The notes under the pieces are model-generated. The model was given only the letters and a program-made list of their open reading frames with translations, was not told the DNA's origin and did no database searches. From an uncultured bacterium (GTDB lineage Bacteria > Verrucomicrobiota > Lentisphaeria > Victivallales > UBA1829): a DNA stretch of 64,000 nucleotides. Location of the stretch: assembly GCA_902780135.1 (NCBI GenBank), contig CACZEK010000013.1:46470-110469 (forward strand), written 5' to 3'. The stretch's first letter is position 1; each line of letters opens with the position of its first letter. The position numbers and the translations under genes are program-made. Below are positions 18,565 through 29,000 of the stretch, piece after piece.

Positions 18565-21500
18565 ATGATGCCAAGAACAATCAAGACAAGATACTGCAAG
18601 CTGCTGATTGGGCCAACGCAGTCCGGGGCGGGAACCACGGAGGAAGCGTTCGACGCCAGCAGCATGGAAGATGATTTCCTGACGGAAAAAGTCCGGGTCT
18701 CGGAAGGGATCTCCATGATCCCGTTTGCCGAAATCGAAGCGTATTCCGGCAAGAGCACGAAAAACTACCAGGAACTCTGCGAACTGCTGGACCAGCCCGC
18801 CCGCCTGATCCTGCGGCAGAAAAACGGCGAAAGCCGCACGATCGTCGGCAAGGTCTCGCACGTCACGCACCTCGGAATCTGCCGGGCCAATCCGCGCATG
18901 GCTCCGATTTACCGTTACCGCCTTACGGTTTCGTCCGTCCTGAACGATATGCGGTTCGTGCGGCAGTCCAGGACCTTCGAGCAGCAGACATTCGAAGCCG
19001 TGATCCGGGCGGTCCTGAGTTATTACGGCATCACCCCGACATTCCGTTGCACGACGCCCGAAAACACCGATTTCTACAACAAACAGCACAATTTCTACCA
19101 GCGGAGCGAATCCGATTACGATTTCTTCCGGCGGGTCCTGTTCGACGCCGGATGGAGCTTCCGCATCTATACGACGGGCGAGGAACAGCTGACGGCTCAG
19201 GAGGCCGTCCTGATCACCGACGGCAATTATTTCTCCGCGGCGGGCGACGATACGGAATTCACGGCGTCCTGGAACGTGAAAGACGATGACCTGACGGTCA
19301 ACGTCAGAGACTGGAGCATGGAGCAGGACGTCGGGATCGATTCCCTTGTGACCGATTCCTCCGTTTTCGACGCCAACGATGGAAAACGCACGTGGTTTCT
19401 GAACGCGACGGGTTCGCTCTTCGCCGCGGATACCGGCGACGACGCCAAAAAGGAATACGAGGATCATCGGGCGGACAATCTGGACCGGTTCCTGACATTC
19501 AACCGGCAGTGCTGCAAAGGCATTGCCACCTCCCTGAACCTCTACCCCGGATGCGTGATCAATCTGAGCGATTTCTATGGACCGTCCGACGAAGTCATCC
19601 GCTCCAGGATCACGAAACTGGAAATCAACATCACGGACCGCCTGCCGGAAGGATACCCGGTTTCCGGCCTTCCCCCCGAACTGACGATTCAACTCAGGGG
19701 AATCGACACGTCTTCCGAAAAGGTCCCGCTGTTCGCGGACGACATGGAGTCGGCGGAACAGCAACGGAACACGGTTCATGCGGAGAAGACCGTCGGAGCC
19801 GCCGCCGTGGCGGCTGTCTCGACAGCTGCGGCGGAGACGGTCGGCGCGATCCGGCAGACCGTTTTCACCGCTACGGTCAGCACGAAGGACGGAAATACGA
19901 AGGACAATCACAATTCCGTCTGCACCATGGTGACGGACGAGAACACGAAAGGGATGTTCTTCTATGCCGTCCTGGACGGGTCGACAAAAGCTTTCCTCAT
20001 TCAGTTCACGATGCCGCTCGGCGGATTCGGGCAGGGCCTGTACCGTCTGCCCCGGCTGGGAGACAGGATCGTAGTCATGGCGGTCACCGAGAACCGTTAT
20101 GTGCTGGTCAGCTATATCCCCTCCCCCGATTCGATGCCGTTCGTCGACAAGGGTCATGTCGGGAATTCCCAGAAGATGACGGTGCTGCGGCACAACGTCC
20201 CCGGCACAGTGCCCAGTTACTACGGCACTGCCGCGGACAATCCGGACCCCACGATATACAAGAGCCTCAAGTACAGCGAAATCGGGATGTACAGCGAAGA
20301 CGACAGGGAGGTCATGCGTCTCCAGACGCCGGGCTACCGGTATGACCATGCGGAAAAGGATTCGATCGCCACGGCCGCGAACTTCCTGTTCTCCACGCCG
20401 GACAACAACAAGGGGGAATTCCATGTCGCCAAGGTCAACAAGATCAATCTTCAGGCGGACGAGGAAATCCGCATCCAGGTCGGGCGCACGTGCATCACCC
20501 TCAACGAAAAGATGGTCGAATTCCGGATCCGCCAGGCAAAAGGCGCCGGGGGACCGCAGGATTCCGTGCTCTACATGAATCCCTTCGGGATATTCATGAG
20601 CGCATCCAAGATCAACGTGATCGGGCAGAACAGGATCGACATGGAAGCCGGACTGGGCGAGGTCCTCAGCATGTCCGGCGGCGTGGTCTGCCTGGCCGGA
20701 CGGTACATCAATCTGTCGACCGTCGACACGACCTACCTGACCCTCTCCCAGACACTCAATGCGGCCCTGGGGGTGCTGAACGCCGCGTCGTTCGCAGTCG
20801 GAATCGTCGATGATGCCGGCATCAGTAAACGCACCTATGCCGATGCGGTCAAGGGCGGCAAGATCGATACCGATAAACTGCGGGCGATGGAATCAAGTCC
20901 GCTTGATGTCTATACGCAGCTCCTGTACATGGGCGGCGGCATGACGTCCTCGATCGTTTTCTTCTTAGATGCTACCCTCTCGAAAATGCACTGGACGCCG
21001 TTCTTTGCTACCGGAGACAATTCCTCCAATATCGCAGGCGCCACCCTCAGTATTCTGGATGCGGCCGCCTCCGTCACCCTGTCCGGTCTGCTGTGGGCAA
21101 TCACGAATCAGACGGCACGGGCAATCGCCTGCGATTCCCTGATCTTTGCACTTACCGAAGCAAAATACATCTATCTGTGCACAAGAGCGCAATCGATCAA
21201 GATCAAAAAGAATCAGGTCAGCTATCTCCGCCTGAGCGGAGAGATGACGGAGTTCTGGACGAAGGAAATGCTGGCGGATACGGGGAAACTCACCATGAAC
21301 GTGTATGACATTCCGACCGTTGCCGCAAAAACCTCCGACATGAGTCTTTCCCAAAACGAATTCTCGCTTTTGTCGCAGATCCTCGCCGCTCCCTCCAATT
21401 ACGCGCAATCCATGGCGCATGCGCTTGTCGTGGAAGAAGCGCTTGCCGCGACCCAGGAGATGAAACGGCAAATGGCAAAGGTCCAGATCCAAATGGATTC

Positions 21501-21765
21501 CTCGTCGATGAGTCACATGAGTCCGAAATGGGATGCGGAGATGGACAATGTCACCTTCAAGTCCAAAACGAAGATCGATGTTACGGTCGGAGCGCAGTCG
21601 AAGATCACGATCGATTCGTCCGGGCTGACGGAAAAAGTGGCCAAGCTGACGCAGAAATTGACGACCCTTGAGATCAAGGCAACAAAAATGACCACGACTG
21701 CCAACTGCTATACAGTCAAATTCACCCAGAGTAGAATGCAGGGGCAGATGATGCAACTCGGATAA
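18565..21765 (+). CDS. vgrG: VgrG (TssI) spike protein with a long non-canonical C-terminal extension
   Basis: 1066 aa. The N-terminal ~650 aa are gp27/gp5-like in layout ('ARLILRQKNGESRTIVGKVSHVTHLG', 'GLYRLPRLGDRIVVMAV', and beta-helix-like 'INLQADEEIRIQVGRTCITLNEKMVEFRI'). Residues ~690-1066 are hydrophobic/helical, then return to beta-repeat character. Confidence 0.85.
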   Translation: MMPRTIKTRYCKLLIGPTQSGAGTTEEAFDASSMEDDFLTEKVRVSEGISMIPFAEIEAYSGKSTKNYQELCELLDQPARLILRQKNGESRTIVGKVSHVTHLGICRANPRMAPIYRYRLTVSSVLNDMRFVRQSRTFEQQTFEAVIRAVLSYYGITPTFRCTTPENTDFYNKQHNFYQRSESDYDFFRRVLFDAGWSFRIYTTGEEQLTAQEAVLITDGNYFSAAGDDTEFTASWNVKDDDLTVNVRDWSMEQDVGIDSLVTDSSVFDANDGKRTWFLNATGSLFAADTGDDAKKEYEDHRADNLDRFLTFNRQCCKGIATSLNLYPGCVINLSDFYGPSDEVIRSRITKLEINITDRLPEGYPVSGLPPELTIQLRGIDTSSEKVPLFADDMESAEQQRNTVHAEKTVGAAAVAAVSTAAAETVGAIRQTVFTATVSTKDGNTKDNHNSVCTMVTDENTKGMFFYAVLDGSTKAFLIQFTMPLGGFGQGLYRLPRLGDRIVVMAVTENRYVLVSYIPSPDSMPFVDKGHVGNSQKMTVLRHNVPGTVPSYYGTAADNPDPTIYKSLKYSEIGMYSEDDREVMRLQTPGYRYDHAEKDSIATAANFLFSTPDNNKGEFHVAKVNKINLQADEEIRIQVGRTCITLNEKMVEFRIRQAKGAGGPQDSVLYMNPFGIFMSASKINVIGQNRIDMEAGLGEVLSMSGGVVCLAGRYINLSTVDTTYLTLSQTLNAALGVLNAASFAVGIVDDAGISKRTYADAVKGGKIDTDKLRAMESSPLDVYTQLLYMGGGMTSSIVFFLDATLSKMHWTPFFATGDNSSNIAGATLSILDAAASVTLSGLLWAITNQTARAIACDSLIFALTEAKYIYLCTRAQSIKIKKNQVSYLRLSGEMTEFWTKEMLADTGKLTMNVYDIPTVAAKTSDMSLSQNEFSLLSQILAAPSNYAQSMAHALVVEEALAATQEMKRQMAKVQIQMDSSSMSHMSPKWDAEMDNVTFKSKTKIDVTVGAQSKITIDSSGLTEKVAKLTQKLTTLEIKATKMTTTANCYTVKFTQSRMQGQMMQLG

Positions 21766-21776
21766 AGGAGCGAAAC

Positions 21777-22916
21777 ATGTCGGATCAGTTGAACTGGATG
21801 AATCAGCATTTGATTCTGTTGAAATACAAGACCGTCGAGGAACTGGTTTCCCAGGGCGGATACGAACTTGCACCGAAATACGGCCCCCTCTGCAAACCGG
21901 GGATGTCCGTCGAGGACTTCATGACGGCGCTTGTGCGGGCAAATGCGATCCGCGACGCCGCTTCCGTCCTCGCCTACGCGATCCACCGCCGCGCCGGCGT
22001 CTGGTGGGGCGTCTGCTGTTTCAGGAAACTCTACGCCGAGCTTGCCGAGGCGGAAAAGAAACAGGCGGAACAGGCGAAGCTCGACGCCCAGAAGAAGGAG
22101 GAGGAAGCCGCCGCGGCTGCCGCGGAGGCGAAGGAGAAAGCGAAGGAGGAGGAGGCACAGGAGGCGGAGGCCGCCGCCCAGGAGAAGAAGATCGCGGAGA
22201 TGCAGGAAGCCGCTATGAAGAAAATCGAGGAGGCGAAGAGCAAATTCACGCCGGAGCAGAAAAAAATATACGATGAAGCCCGGGCAAAGTTTGATGCGGA
22301 ATGCGTGAAGCTGACCGGCCTTCCCGTGATGGCATTCATCAACGACATGGTGAAGAAGGAAGCGGAATCCGAGGCGGCGAAACAGAGCCTGAAGCAGAAG
22401 CCGGAGAAAAAGGACGCGCCGCCTGCGCCGGTCGAGGAGAATGCCGACACTTCGGACGACCCGATGCCGCCCGAAATGCTGGCGCAGCTGAAGCGGAAAG
22501 CCTTTGAGATCACCTGCCAATGGGTCGTCGATCCGTCCGCGGAAAACTCCATCATGGCGGACAATATCGCGAACCAGATCGAAGACGAATCGGAAGGCAT
22601 GCTGGCGCGTACCGCGTTCTGGAGCTACGGCAATCTATCCGTGGCGGAAAAGGACGGCAGCAACGTTCCGGTCCCCGCCGGACTGGCCGCGAACGGTCTG
22701 CGGACAGCACTCCTGATGGCGATGCTGACGGAGGGCGGTCTCTATTCGCTACCGGAACGCGCCGCACAGTATCTTTCGCTGGGCATCGAGATCGCCTGCG
22801 GAAGGAACAACTGGACTGCCCCGGAAACGGAACAGAATGCTCCGTCCGCGCGGGAGCCGGAGGCATCCCACGGAACGGAAAAACTCGGGGAAGAGGTTTA
22901 TCGCAAATGGAAATGA
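21777..22916 (+). CDS. Hypothetical T6SS-associated protein with a central Glu/Ala/Lys-rich low-complexity region
   Basis: 379-aa ORF 12 nt after vgrG. The folded-looking N-terminus has 'AIHRRAGVWWGVCCF'. The centre is 'AEAEKKQAEQAKLDAQKKEEEAAAAAAEAKEKAKEEEAQEAEAAAQEKK'. The C-terminal ~140 aa look structured. I recognise no domain. Confidence 0.6.
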   Translation: MSDQLNWMNQHLILLKYKTVEELVSQGGYELAPKYGPLCKPGMSVEDFMTALVRANAIRDAASVLAYAIHRRAGVWWGVCCFRKLYAELAEAEKKQAEQAKLDAQKKEEEAAAAAAEAKEKAKEEEAQEAEAAAQEKKIAEMQEAAMKKIEEAKSKFTPEQKKIYDEARAKFDAECVKLTGLPVMAFINDMVKKEAESEAAKQSLKQKPEKKDAPPAPVEENADTSDDPMPPEMLAQLKRKAFEITCQWVVDPSAENSIMADNIANQIEDESEGMLARTAFWSYGNLSVAEKDGSNVPVPAGLAANGLRTALLMAMLTEGGLYSLPERAAQYLSLGIEIACGRNNWTAPETEQNAPSAREPEASHGTEKLGEEVYRKWK

Positions 22917-23051
22917 CCGTGTCTTGCAAACGTACGAACGCATGCTATATTATTAATTATAGCTCCGTTTCAGCTTCCAACCGGATAATTACGCTCAGTC
23001 GTGGAAGCGGTCTATCCCGCTTTTCCACGTTCATTCAGGAGATTGGATAAC

Positions 23052-23606
23052 ATGAAAAAAACAGAGTTGCTTTTCGGTATCCCGCTGGCTCTGCTGATGC
23101 TTGCCGGATGCTCTTCCCCGGCTTACGACATCGAGGTGTACATGTCGCCGAAAGTGAAGGAAAAATACCAGATCCGCCCCTCCCTCGAGGTGGATATCGT
23201 CGGAGTCAGCCAGTCCGGGGACGAGCATTTCCAGGCTGTCCCGGTTAATGACTACTTCACGCCGGGCAATGCGCTCCGGGACGGCACGGAACACGCGACG
23301 CTTCATTTCTCCGAGGCGAACGGTGCTCCGAAGCTCCTTCCGAAATCGGACGAGATCTGGAAAAAGTTTGCGGACAGTTCCTCCGCCAAGCTCTATCTGC
23401 TGGTCAATCTGCCTTTGCCGACCGACAGCAAACAGAAAACCGATCCCCGGAAAGTCGCGATCCCCCTGGAAAGCACCGGCTGGTTCGGCTCCGATACTCG
23501 TTACTTCGAAATCTCCACGTCGGGGTTGAACCCGCTGAAAAAACGCCCGGACTACGCAACCGAAGAAATCCAGACCGAAAAGAAGGAGGAAAATCATGAG
23601 ATTTGA
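23052..23606 (+). CDS. tssJ: Outer-membrane lipoprotein, TssJ-like
   Basis: The in-frame ATG at 23052 gives 'MKKTELLFGIPLALLMLAGC|SS', a lipobox signal peptide. The 184-aa size and the position immediately upstream of tssK-tssL-tssM fit TssJ. Sequence similarity to TssJ is judged only loosely ('PSLEVDIVGVS...F'). Confidence 0.55.
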   Translation: MKKTELLFGIPLALLMLAGCSSPAYDIEVYMSPKVKEKYQIRPSLEVDIVGVSQSGDEHFQAVPVNDYFTPGNALRDGTEHATLHFSEANGAPKLLPKSDEIWKKFADSSSAKLYLLVNLPLPTDSKQKTDPRKVAIPLESTGWFGSDTRYFEISTSGLNPLKKRPDYATEEIQTEKKEENHEI

Positions 23607-24978
23607 AAAAGCATTGCACTGGTCGGAAGGTCTTTTCCTTCAGCAGCACCATTTCCAATATTTCCAGCGGTTCCTGCAGAACCGGGACCGCCAGGACCGG
23701 GAACTCGTCCTGTCCTATCCCTGGGGGTTCATCGATTATGAAGTCGATACGGAGGCGCTGGAGAATCTCCGCGTCACGGTGAAACGAGTCACGGCGATCT
23801 TCCCGGAAGGCGAAGAAGTCAGCATGCCCGGAAACGCCGTGGTTCCGCCGCTGGACCTGAAGGGCCTTCTTGCGGACGTCCACGACCCCTTCATGGTCTA
23901 TCTGGCGCTGCCGCTCCACAGTAAAAACGACAGCAATCTCGCTGAGGCCCCGGGCGAAAAACGGATGTATCTCCCCGAGGAAGTGTCCTGCTGTGACGAT
24001 TATACTGGGCGCAGCGAGATCACCATGGTCGAAGACCGCCTGAACGTCTGGATCACGACGTCCCTGCAGGACAACGCGGATCTGGACCTGCTTCCCCTGA
24101 TGCGCCTGATCCCGCAGAGCAACGGCATCTCGGAGATCAAAGTGGAGATCGACCGGAACTATATCCCGCCCTATCTTCTGATCTCGTCCTGCTCCGTCTG
24201 CATGAACCGATTCCGGGAGCTGATCAGCCTGATGGAACGCCGCCGCGACAAGATTCTGAACGATCTTCAGGTTATGGGCTATACGCCGGACATGTTTACG
24301 GGCGCGGTCGGACATTCCATCATGCAGCTTTCGATCCTGAACGAATGCATCGGCCGGTTCGTCTCCATCGCCGAACATTGCGCTTTGACGCCGTATGAAA
24401 TGTATTTGCAGCTCGGCTCGCTGGCCGGCAAATTGTCGGCGTTCCGGCCGTTGCGGAAATGGGAGGATATTTCCCGGTACGAACATGAAAACTTCGCCCC
24501 GCAGTTCAACGAATTGATCTTGTGGATACGGGCCATGCTCCTCGCGGACGGGGACACGATCTTCCTGCGCCTCGACTTTGCTCCCGACCGGGACGAGCGC
24601 CATCTCTCCGTGGAACTCACCGACGACAACCTCAACCGCGCCGACGAGTTCTATCTGGCGGTCCATTGTCAGGGGAACGCCCGCGAAATCGTCGATGCGG
24701 TGGAGAAAGGCGACAACCTGCGCCTTACCGGACTCAAGATGGCAGATCGGCGCATTCGCGGCGTCAAACTGACCGAAATGCGTTATCCGCCTCGCTATTT
24801 CCCCGCTCTTCCCGATACGGTCTGGTTCCTGCTCGACCGGGGCGAAGCGTCCGCCCCGTTCTGGCGGATGATCCGCGAGGACCACACGGTCATTCTGGAC
24901 TGGGCACGATCCGTCTTCCCTGATCTGGAAGCCAGCCTGTTCATTACGCTTTCCGAACATGGGGACACCGCGAAATGA
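23596..24978 (+). CDS. tssK: T6SS baseplate subunit TssK (ImpJ/VasE)
   Basis: 460 aa. The start 'MRFEKALHWSEGLFLQQHHFQYFQRF' is the canonical TssK N-terminus. RBS aggagga lies upstream. Confidence 0.9.
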   Translation: MRFEKALHWSEGLFLQQHHFQYFQRFLQNRDRQDRELVLSYPWGFIDYEVDTEALENLRVTVKRVTAIFPEGEEVSMPGNAVVPPLDLKGLLADVHDPFMVYLALPLHSKNDSNLAEAPGEKRMYLPEEVSCCDDYTGRSEITMVEDRLNVWITTSLQDNADLDLLPLMRLIPQSNGISEIKVEIDRNYIPPYLLISSCSVCMNRFRELISLMERRRDKILNDLQVMGYTPDMFTGAVGHSIMQLSILNECIGRFVSIAEHCALTPYEMYLQLGSLAGKLSAFRPLRKWEDISRYEHENFAPQFNELILWIRAMLLADGDTIFLRLDFAPDRDERHLSVELTDDNLNRADEFYLAVHCQGNAREIVDAVEKGDNLRLTGLKMADRRIRGVKLTEMRYPPRYFPALPDTVWFLLDRGEASAPFWRMIREDHTVILDWARSVFPDLEASLFITLSEHGDTAK

Positions 24979-26051
24979 GAGAGCTGGAACAGCTTTGTCG
25001 CCCGCTGGTCCGGTCGCTCTGCGAATACTGGTATTATGCCTGCCGCGGAGTCTCGCTGGACATGGAGGTCGTCAATCATTCTCTGCGGGAGCACCTGATC
25101 CGGATCCGCGAACAGGTCGAAGATGACGGTCGCCTGAAACGGGAATTCCAGAAGATCGAACAGCCGCTGGTATTCTTCATCGACTATACCGTCAAGGAAG
25201 GACATTTCCCGTTCCGGGACCAGTGGACGGAAATCGCCCGGGACTACAACGAGCTGTCCGGCGACGAAAAGTTTTTCGACCTGCTGTCGGACAGTCTGGA
25301 CGATCCCGATTCCTCGGAACAGTTGATGATGTTTTACCTGTTCATGGGACTTGGATTCGACGGGTGCCATGTCGACGACCGCGAATATGTCCAGCGGCGG
25401 ATGAAGGTCTGCTCCGCCCGGATCCAGCTCCCCGCCGCGTCGGAGGAGACCTTGTCGTCTGAGGATATTGATGAGCGGCCGGCGTATTTCATGAAAAGCC
25501 GCTTCCGCTTCTTTTCTGTCTATACGCTGTTGACGATTCTTACCATTTGTCTGCTGGGCTCTCTGGGCTGGAATTTCTGGGTTCTGTATCAGGAAACCGG
25601 AGATTTTCGTGATGCACTGGGCAAAGCCGTGAAAGCCGCGGGAAAAGTGTCCCTTTCTTCGCCCGCGAAAACGACGCAGCAGGAGACAAAGCCGCAATCG
25701 CAGCCCGTACAGCCGCCGGACATCAAGCCGATGCCGCAGCCGACGCAGCAGATGGATGCTCAACACCTGAAGCAGCAGATGGAGGCATCGCTGATGCCGC
25801 AACAGGACACCAAGACGAATCAGCAGTCCTCTGATGCACAACTGACGCAACAACCGAACGCGCCGCAGACGCAACAGCCGGAGGGGCTGGCTCAACAACT
25901 GGAGACTCTGCTGGAGCAACAGCAGAAGGCACAGGCGGAACAACTCCAGAAGGCCCAGGCCGCACAACAGCCGGACACACAGGCCGCACAACAGCCGGAT
26001 GCTCAGGTGCAACAGCCGGATGCAAAGCAGCAGTCGAAGGAGGGCAATTGA
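24975..26051 (+). CDS. tssL: T6SS membrane-complex subunit TssL (DotU/ImpK) with a Q/P-rich C-terminal tail
   Basis: 358 aa. DotU-like cytoplasmic domain ('LVFFIDYTVKE', 'MFYLFMGLGFDG'). One TM segment ('FFSVYTLLTILTICLLGSLGWNFWVLY'). Then ~130 aa of Gln/Pro-rich low complexity with no OmpA-like peptidoglycan-binding motif. Confidence 0.85.
   Translation: MRELEQLCRPLVRSLCEYWYYACRGVSLDMEVVNHSLREHLIRIREQVEDDGRLKREFQKIEQPLVFFIDYTVKEGHFPFRDQWTEIARDYNELSGDEKFFDLLSDSLDDPDSSEQLMMFYLFMGLGFDGCHVDDREYVQRRMKVCSARIQLPAASEETLSSEDIDERPAYFMKSRFRFFSVYTLLTILTICLLGSLGWNFWVLYQETGDFRDALGKAVKAAGKVSLSSPAKTTQQETKPQSQPVQPPDIKPMPQPTQQMDAQHLKQQMEASLMPQQDTKTNQQSSDAQLTQQPNAPQTQQPEGLAQQLETLLEQQQKAQAEQLQKAQAAQQPDTQAAQQPDAQVQQPDAKQQSKEGN
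25962..26030 (+). repeat. Short imperfect tandem repeat (GCACAACAGCCGGA-type unit, 3 copies) encoding AQQPD repeats in the TssL tail
   Basis: 'gcacaacagccggac', 'gcacaacagccggat' and 'gcaacagccggat' occur at ~23-24-nt spacing. Confidence 0.6.
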
Positions 26052-26052
26052 T

Positions 26053-29000
26053 ATGAAACCACCCATATTGCAGCAGCCCCTGGCATTCGACTGGATTCCA
26101 AAAATATCCCGGACGGAATGGATCCTGATCCTGGCCGGGATCGTGATCCTTCTTCTGCTTCTTTTCCTGCTTCTGCGTCCGCTGCTGACCAAACGCAAAA
26201 TGAAAAAGAAGAACGAAGAGGCGACCGCACTTCAGCAGAAAGACCTGATGTCCTGGCAGAATATCGCGGCGATGGCGGCCGACCAGACCAAACGCGATAC
26301 CGTGAAGCAGTCGCTTTCCTCCAAGCTGAAAACGATCCGGATGCTGTTCCAGCAGGGACTTGACATGCAGCGGAAATCCGGAAGGAACCGCGGTCTGCCC
26401 TGGCTCGTGTTGCTCGGCGAACCCGGCAGCGGGAAATCCGAACTGCTCGGAAACAGCGATCTTTCCCTGAAGTGTTCCGCCGAAGAAAACGAGACGGAAG
26501 AAGGTTCCCTGCCTCTTCGTTTCTGGCTCGGCAGAGGGCTGACGCTCGATGTCAGCGGACACATCTTCTTCGACCGCTGGTTCAACGGGAGCTGTGCGGA
26601 GTGGATCCTCATCCGCGATTTGATCAGAAAAAAGCATCATAAAGTGCCCGTGAACGGGATCATCCTCGTGATCCCGGCGGACGCCCTCATCGCCGATTCC
26701 GATGAACTCACCAAACGGAAAGTTTCCCTGATCGCAACCGAACTGAACAATTTCCTGTTCGGGCTCGGAATGATCCTGCCATGCTACGTCGTGATCACGA
26801 AGTTGGATATGATCCTCGGGTTCCAGGAGTATTTCCGCAAACTCGACGATCAGCACAGAGAAAAAGCCTGGGGATGGCGCAATCCCGCATCCAACGGCTG
26901 TTTTGACGCTGTATCGTTCACGGAGTATTTCGACGGGCTGAGGAACAAACTCAGAAACGGGTCGTTCTCCCTGCTTATGGACGAGAGCGGCGAAAACCGT
27001 CTGGATACGACCAGCGGCATGTATCTTTTCCCGGACGAATTCGCCCGGATACGCCGCAATCTGCTGACTTATCTGAACAATCTTTTCGGACGCAGGTCGT
27101 GGATGGACGGCAATTGCGCCAAAATGGCGGGCGTGTATTTCACCGCGTCCAAATGCGGACACCACATCCTGTCTCCTGATTTCGCGGGACTTCAGCAGAA
27201 ACCGGTCGAAGAAGCGGTCCTGACGAACCGGAACGCCGGCCCGCAGCATTCCTTCTTCGTGAAAGAGCTGCTGGACGATCTGATCTTCTCCAACCGGAAA
27301 TGCTATGAATTTACGGCGGCGGAACAGTTCCGCAGAAATCTTGGAAAGTATGTCCTCTGCATCCTCATGGCGGCGGTCTCGATCTGGTTTACGGTCACGG
27401 CGTGGAACAGCAACGGAAAGATCAGGGATCTTCTGGCGACACGGTCCGCTTATTATGCTAAAACCGCGGAGTTCTTCGACAAGGGGATCCTATCCCGGTC
27501 GCCGATGATTACACGAGGCAAGGCCCCGGACCGGATTGCCGTTTCCCATGATGAAAGCCTGGCGGATCACGACGAGATCAACCGACTGATGTATTTCTAC
27601 GAATCCCAGCTGACGCCAGGTAAAAACAGCATGGTCCCGTGGGGATTCCGGACATCGCAGTTCCTGCTGTTCCGGGATTTCAACTGCGATCAGGAGGAAC
27701 AGGACTTCGTTTCGTCCCGGATTCAGACTGAGATGGTCTTCAAGCCCGCCTTCCGGCTGTTTACCGATTTCCTCGTGACCACTGAGGCGGAAAAGGAATC
27801 CTTTACGGACGTCAAACGCGAGGCTTTCATCCAAATGCACCGTCTGAAAGGATTCCTGCCCGGCGGCAAACATGCCTCGTCGCCGAAACTGATCACGGAA
27901 CCCTATCTCCGCTATCTGGCTCCGGGGCTGTCCGTCGAACAGCTCGACCTCTTCAATATGCGGGCGGGCAAGGTCAGCGAAGCGGACCGGAACGACATCG
28001 CGGAACTGGTTTACAGTCTGGATTACCAGAAGGCGAGTCTGGCCGTCACCAGGCAGTTCCTGTCCGCGTGGAAATCGCTTGAGATCTATCCGAACGACGA
28101 ATACAATCTGTTGCGCCAGGTCATCCGGAAAGCATATGAAATGCACGAGAACTACGGCAAGATCCATACGCTGGCGGTCAATGTCGCGATCAATCCGAAT
28201 CCGGAAAAGATGCTTGCCGAGCTTCAGAGCTTGATCGAACAGCAGAACAGGCTGATCGCGGACGTGAACATGTATCTCGCCTCTCCGTCGATCCGGGAGG
28301 CGCTCCAGCCGCAACAGGAAAAAACGGACAAGGTCAAGGAGATCAAACGGAAGGTTCTCATTCAGGATATTTTCTCCGGATATGAAAAGCGGATGAAAGC
28401 GGATTTCGGACTCATCCGGACTTACGGCGCACCCGGTGCGCTCTCGTCTTCCCTGACGTCCTCGCCGGAAACCGGAAACGATATTCTGGAAAGCGTCCTG
28501 CATGACGCGCAGGGACTTTTTGCGACGGAGAAAGACGAACTGACGAAAAAGTTCTCCACGCTTCAGGCGACGTCGTTCTTCATGACCGCCCTCCCGAAAG
28601 CGGAAGACGGAACTGTCGTGGATACGGCATACGTCGGGCAAGTCCAGCTTGAGCTTCTGAATCTTCTCATCCGTCCGTGGCAGCGGAAAGCCGGCAGGAT
28701 GGAATCGCCTTCCGATTTCATAGACCGTTTCCAAGCGTTGCAGAAGGCGCGCGCGGAAGACGAAAAGACGTTCAATGACTTTGCCGCCCGGTATGCTGCA
28801 AACAAGGACATCGCGGCTCTTGCCAAAGAGTATCAGGCGTTTATCAGTCTTCAGTACACCTGTCTAAACAACGACCTCATCAAAGAGCTGTTTGCGTTCT
28901 ATCCAGCCACGCCGGAACAGTTCATGAACGACATCGCCGCCACTTCCGGGAACGTCGATCCCGAAAGCATCGGCATGAAGCCCGACCTGGCAAAGGAAAG

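Noticed and set aside
21931-22276. Arg-rich ORFs (95 and 90 aa) in alternate frames of the EAK-rich region.
   Set aside because: They are frame artefacts of the GAA/GCG/AAG-rich low-complexity coding segment of the 379-aa gene.
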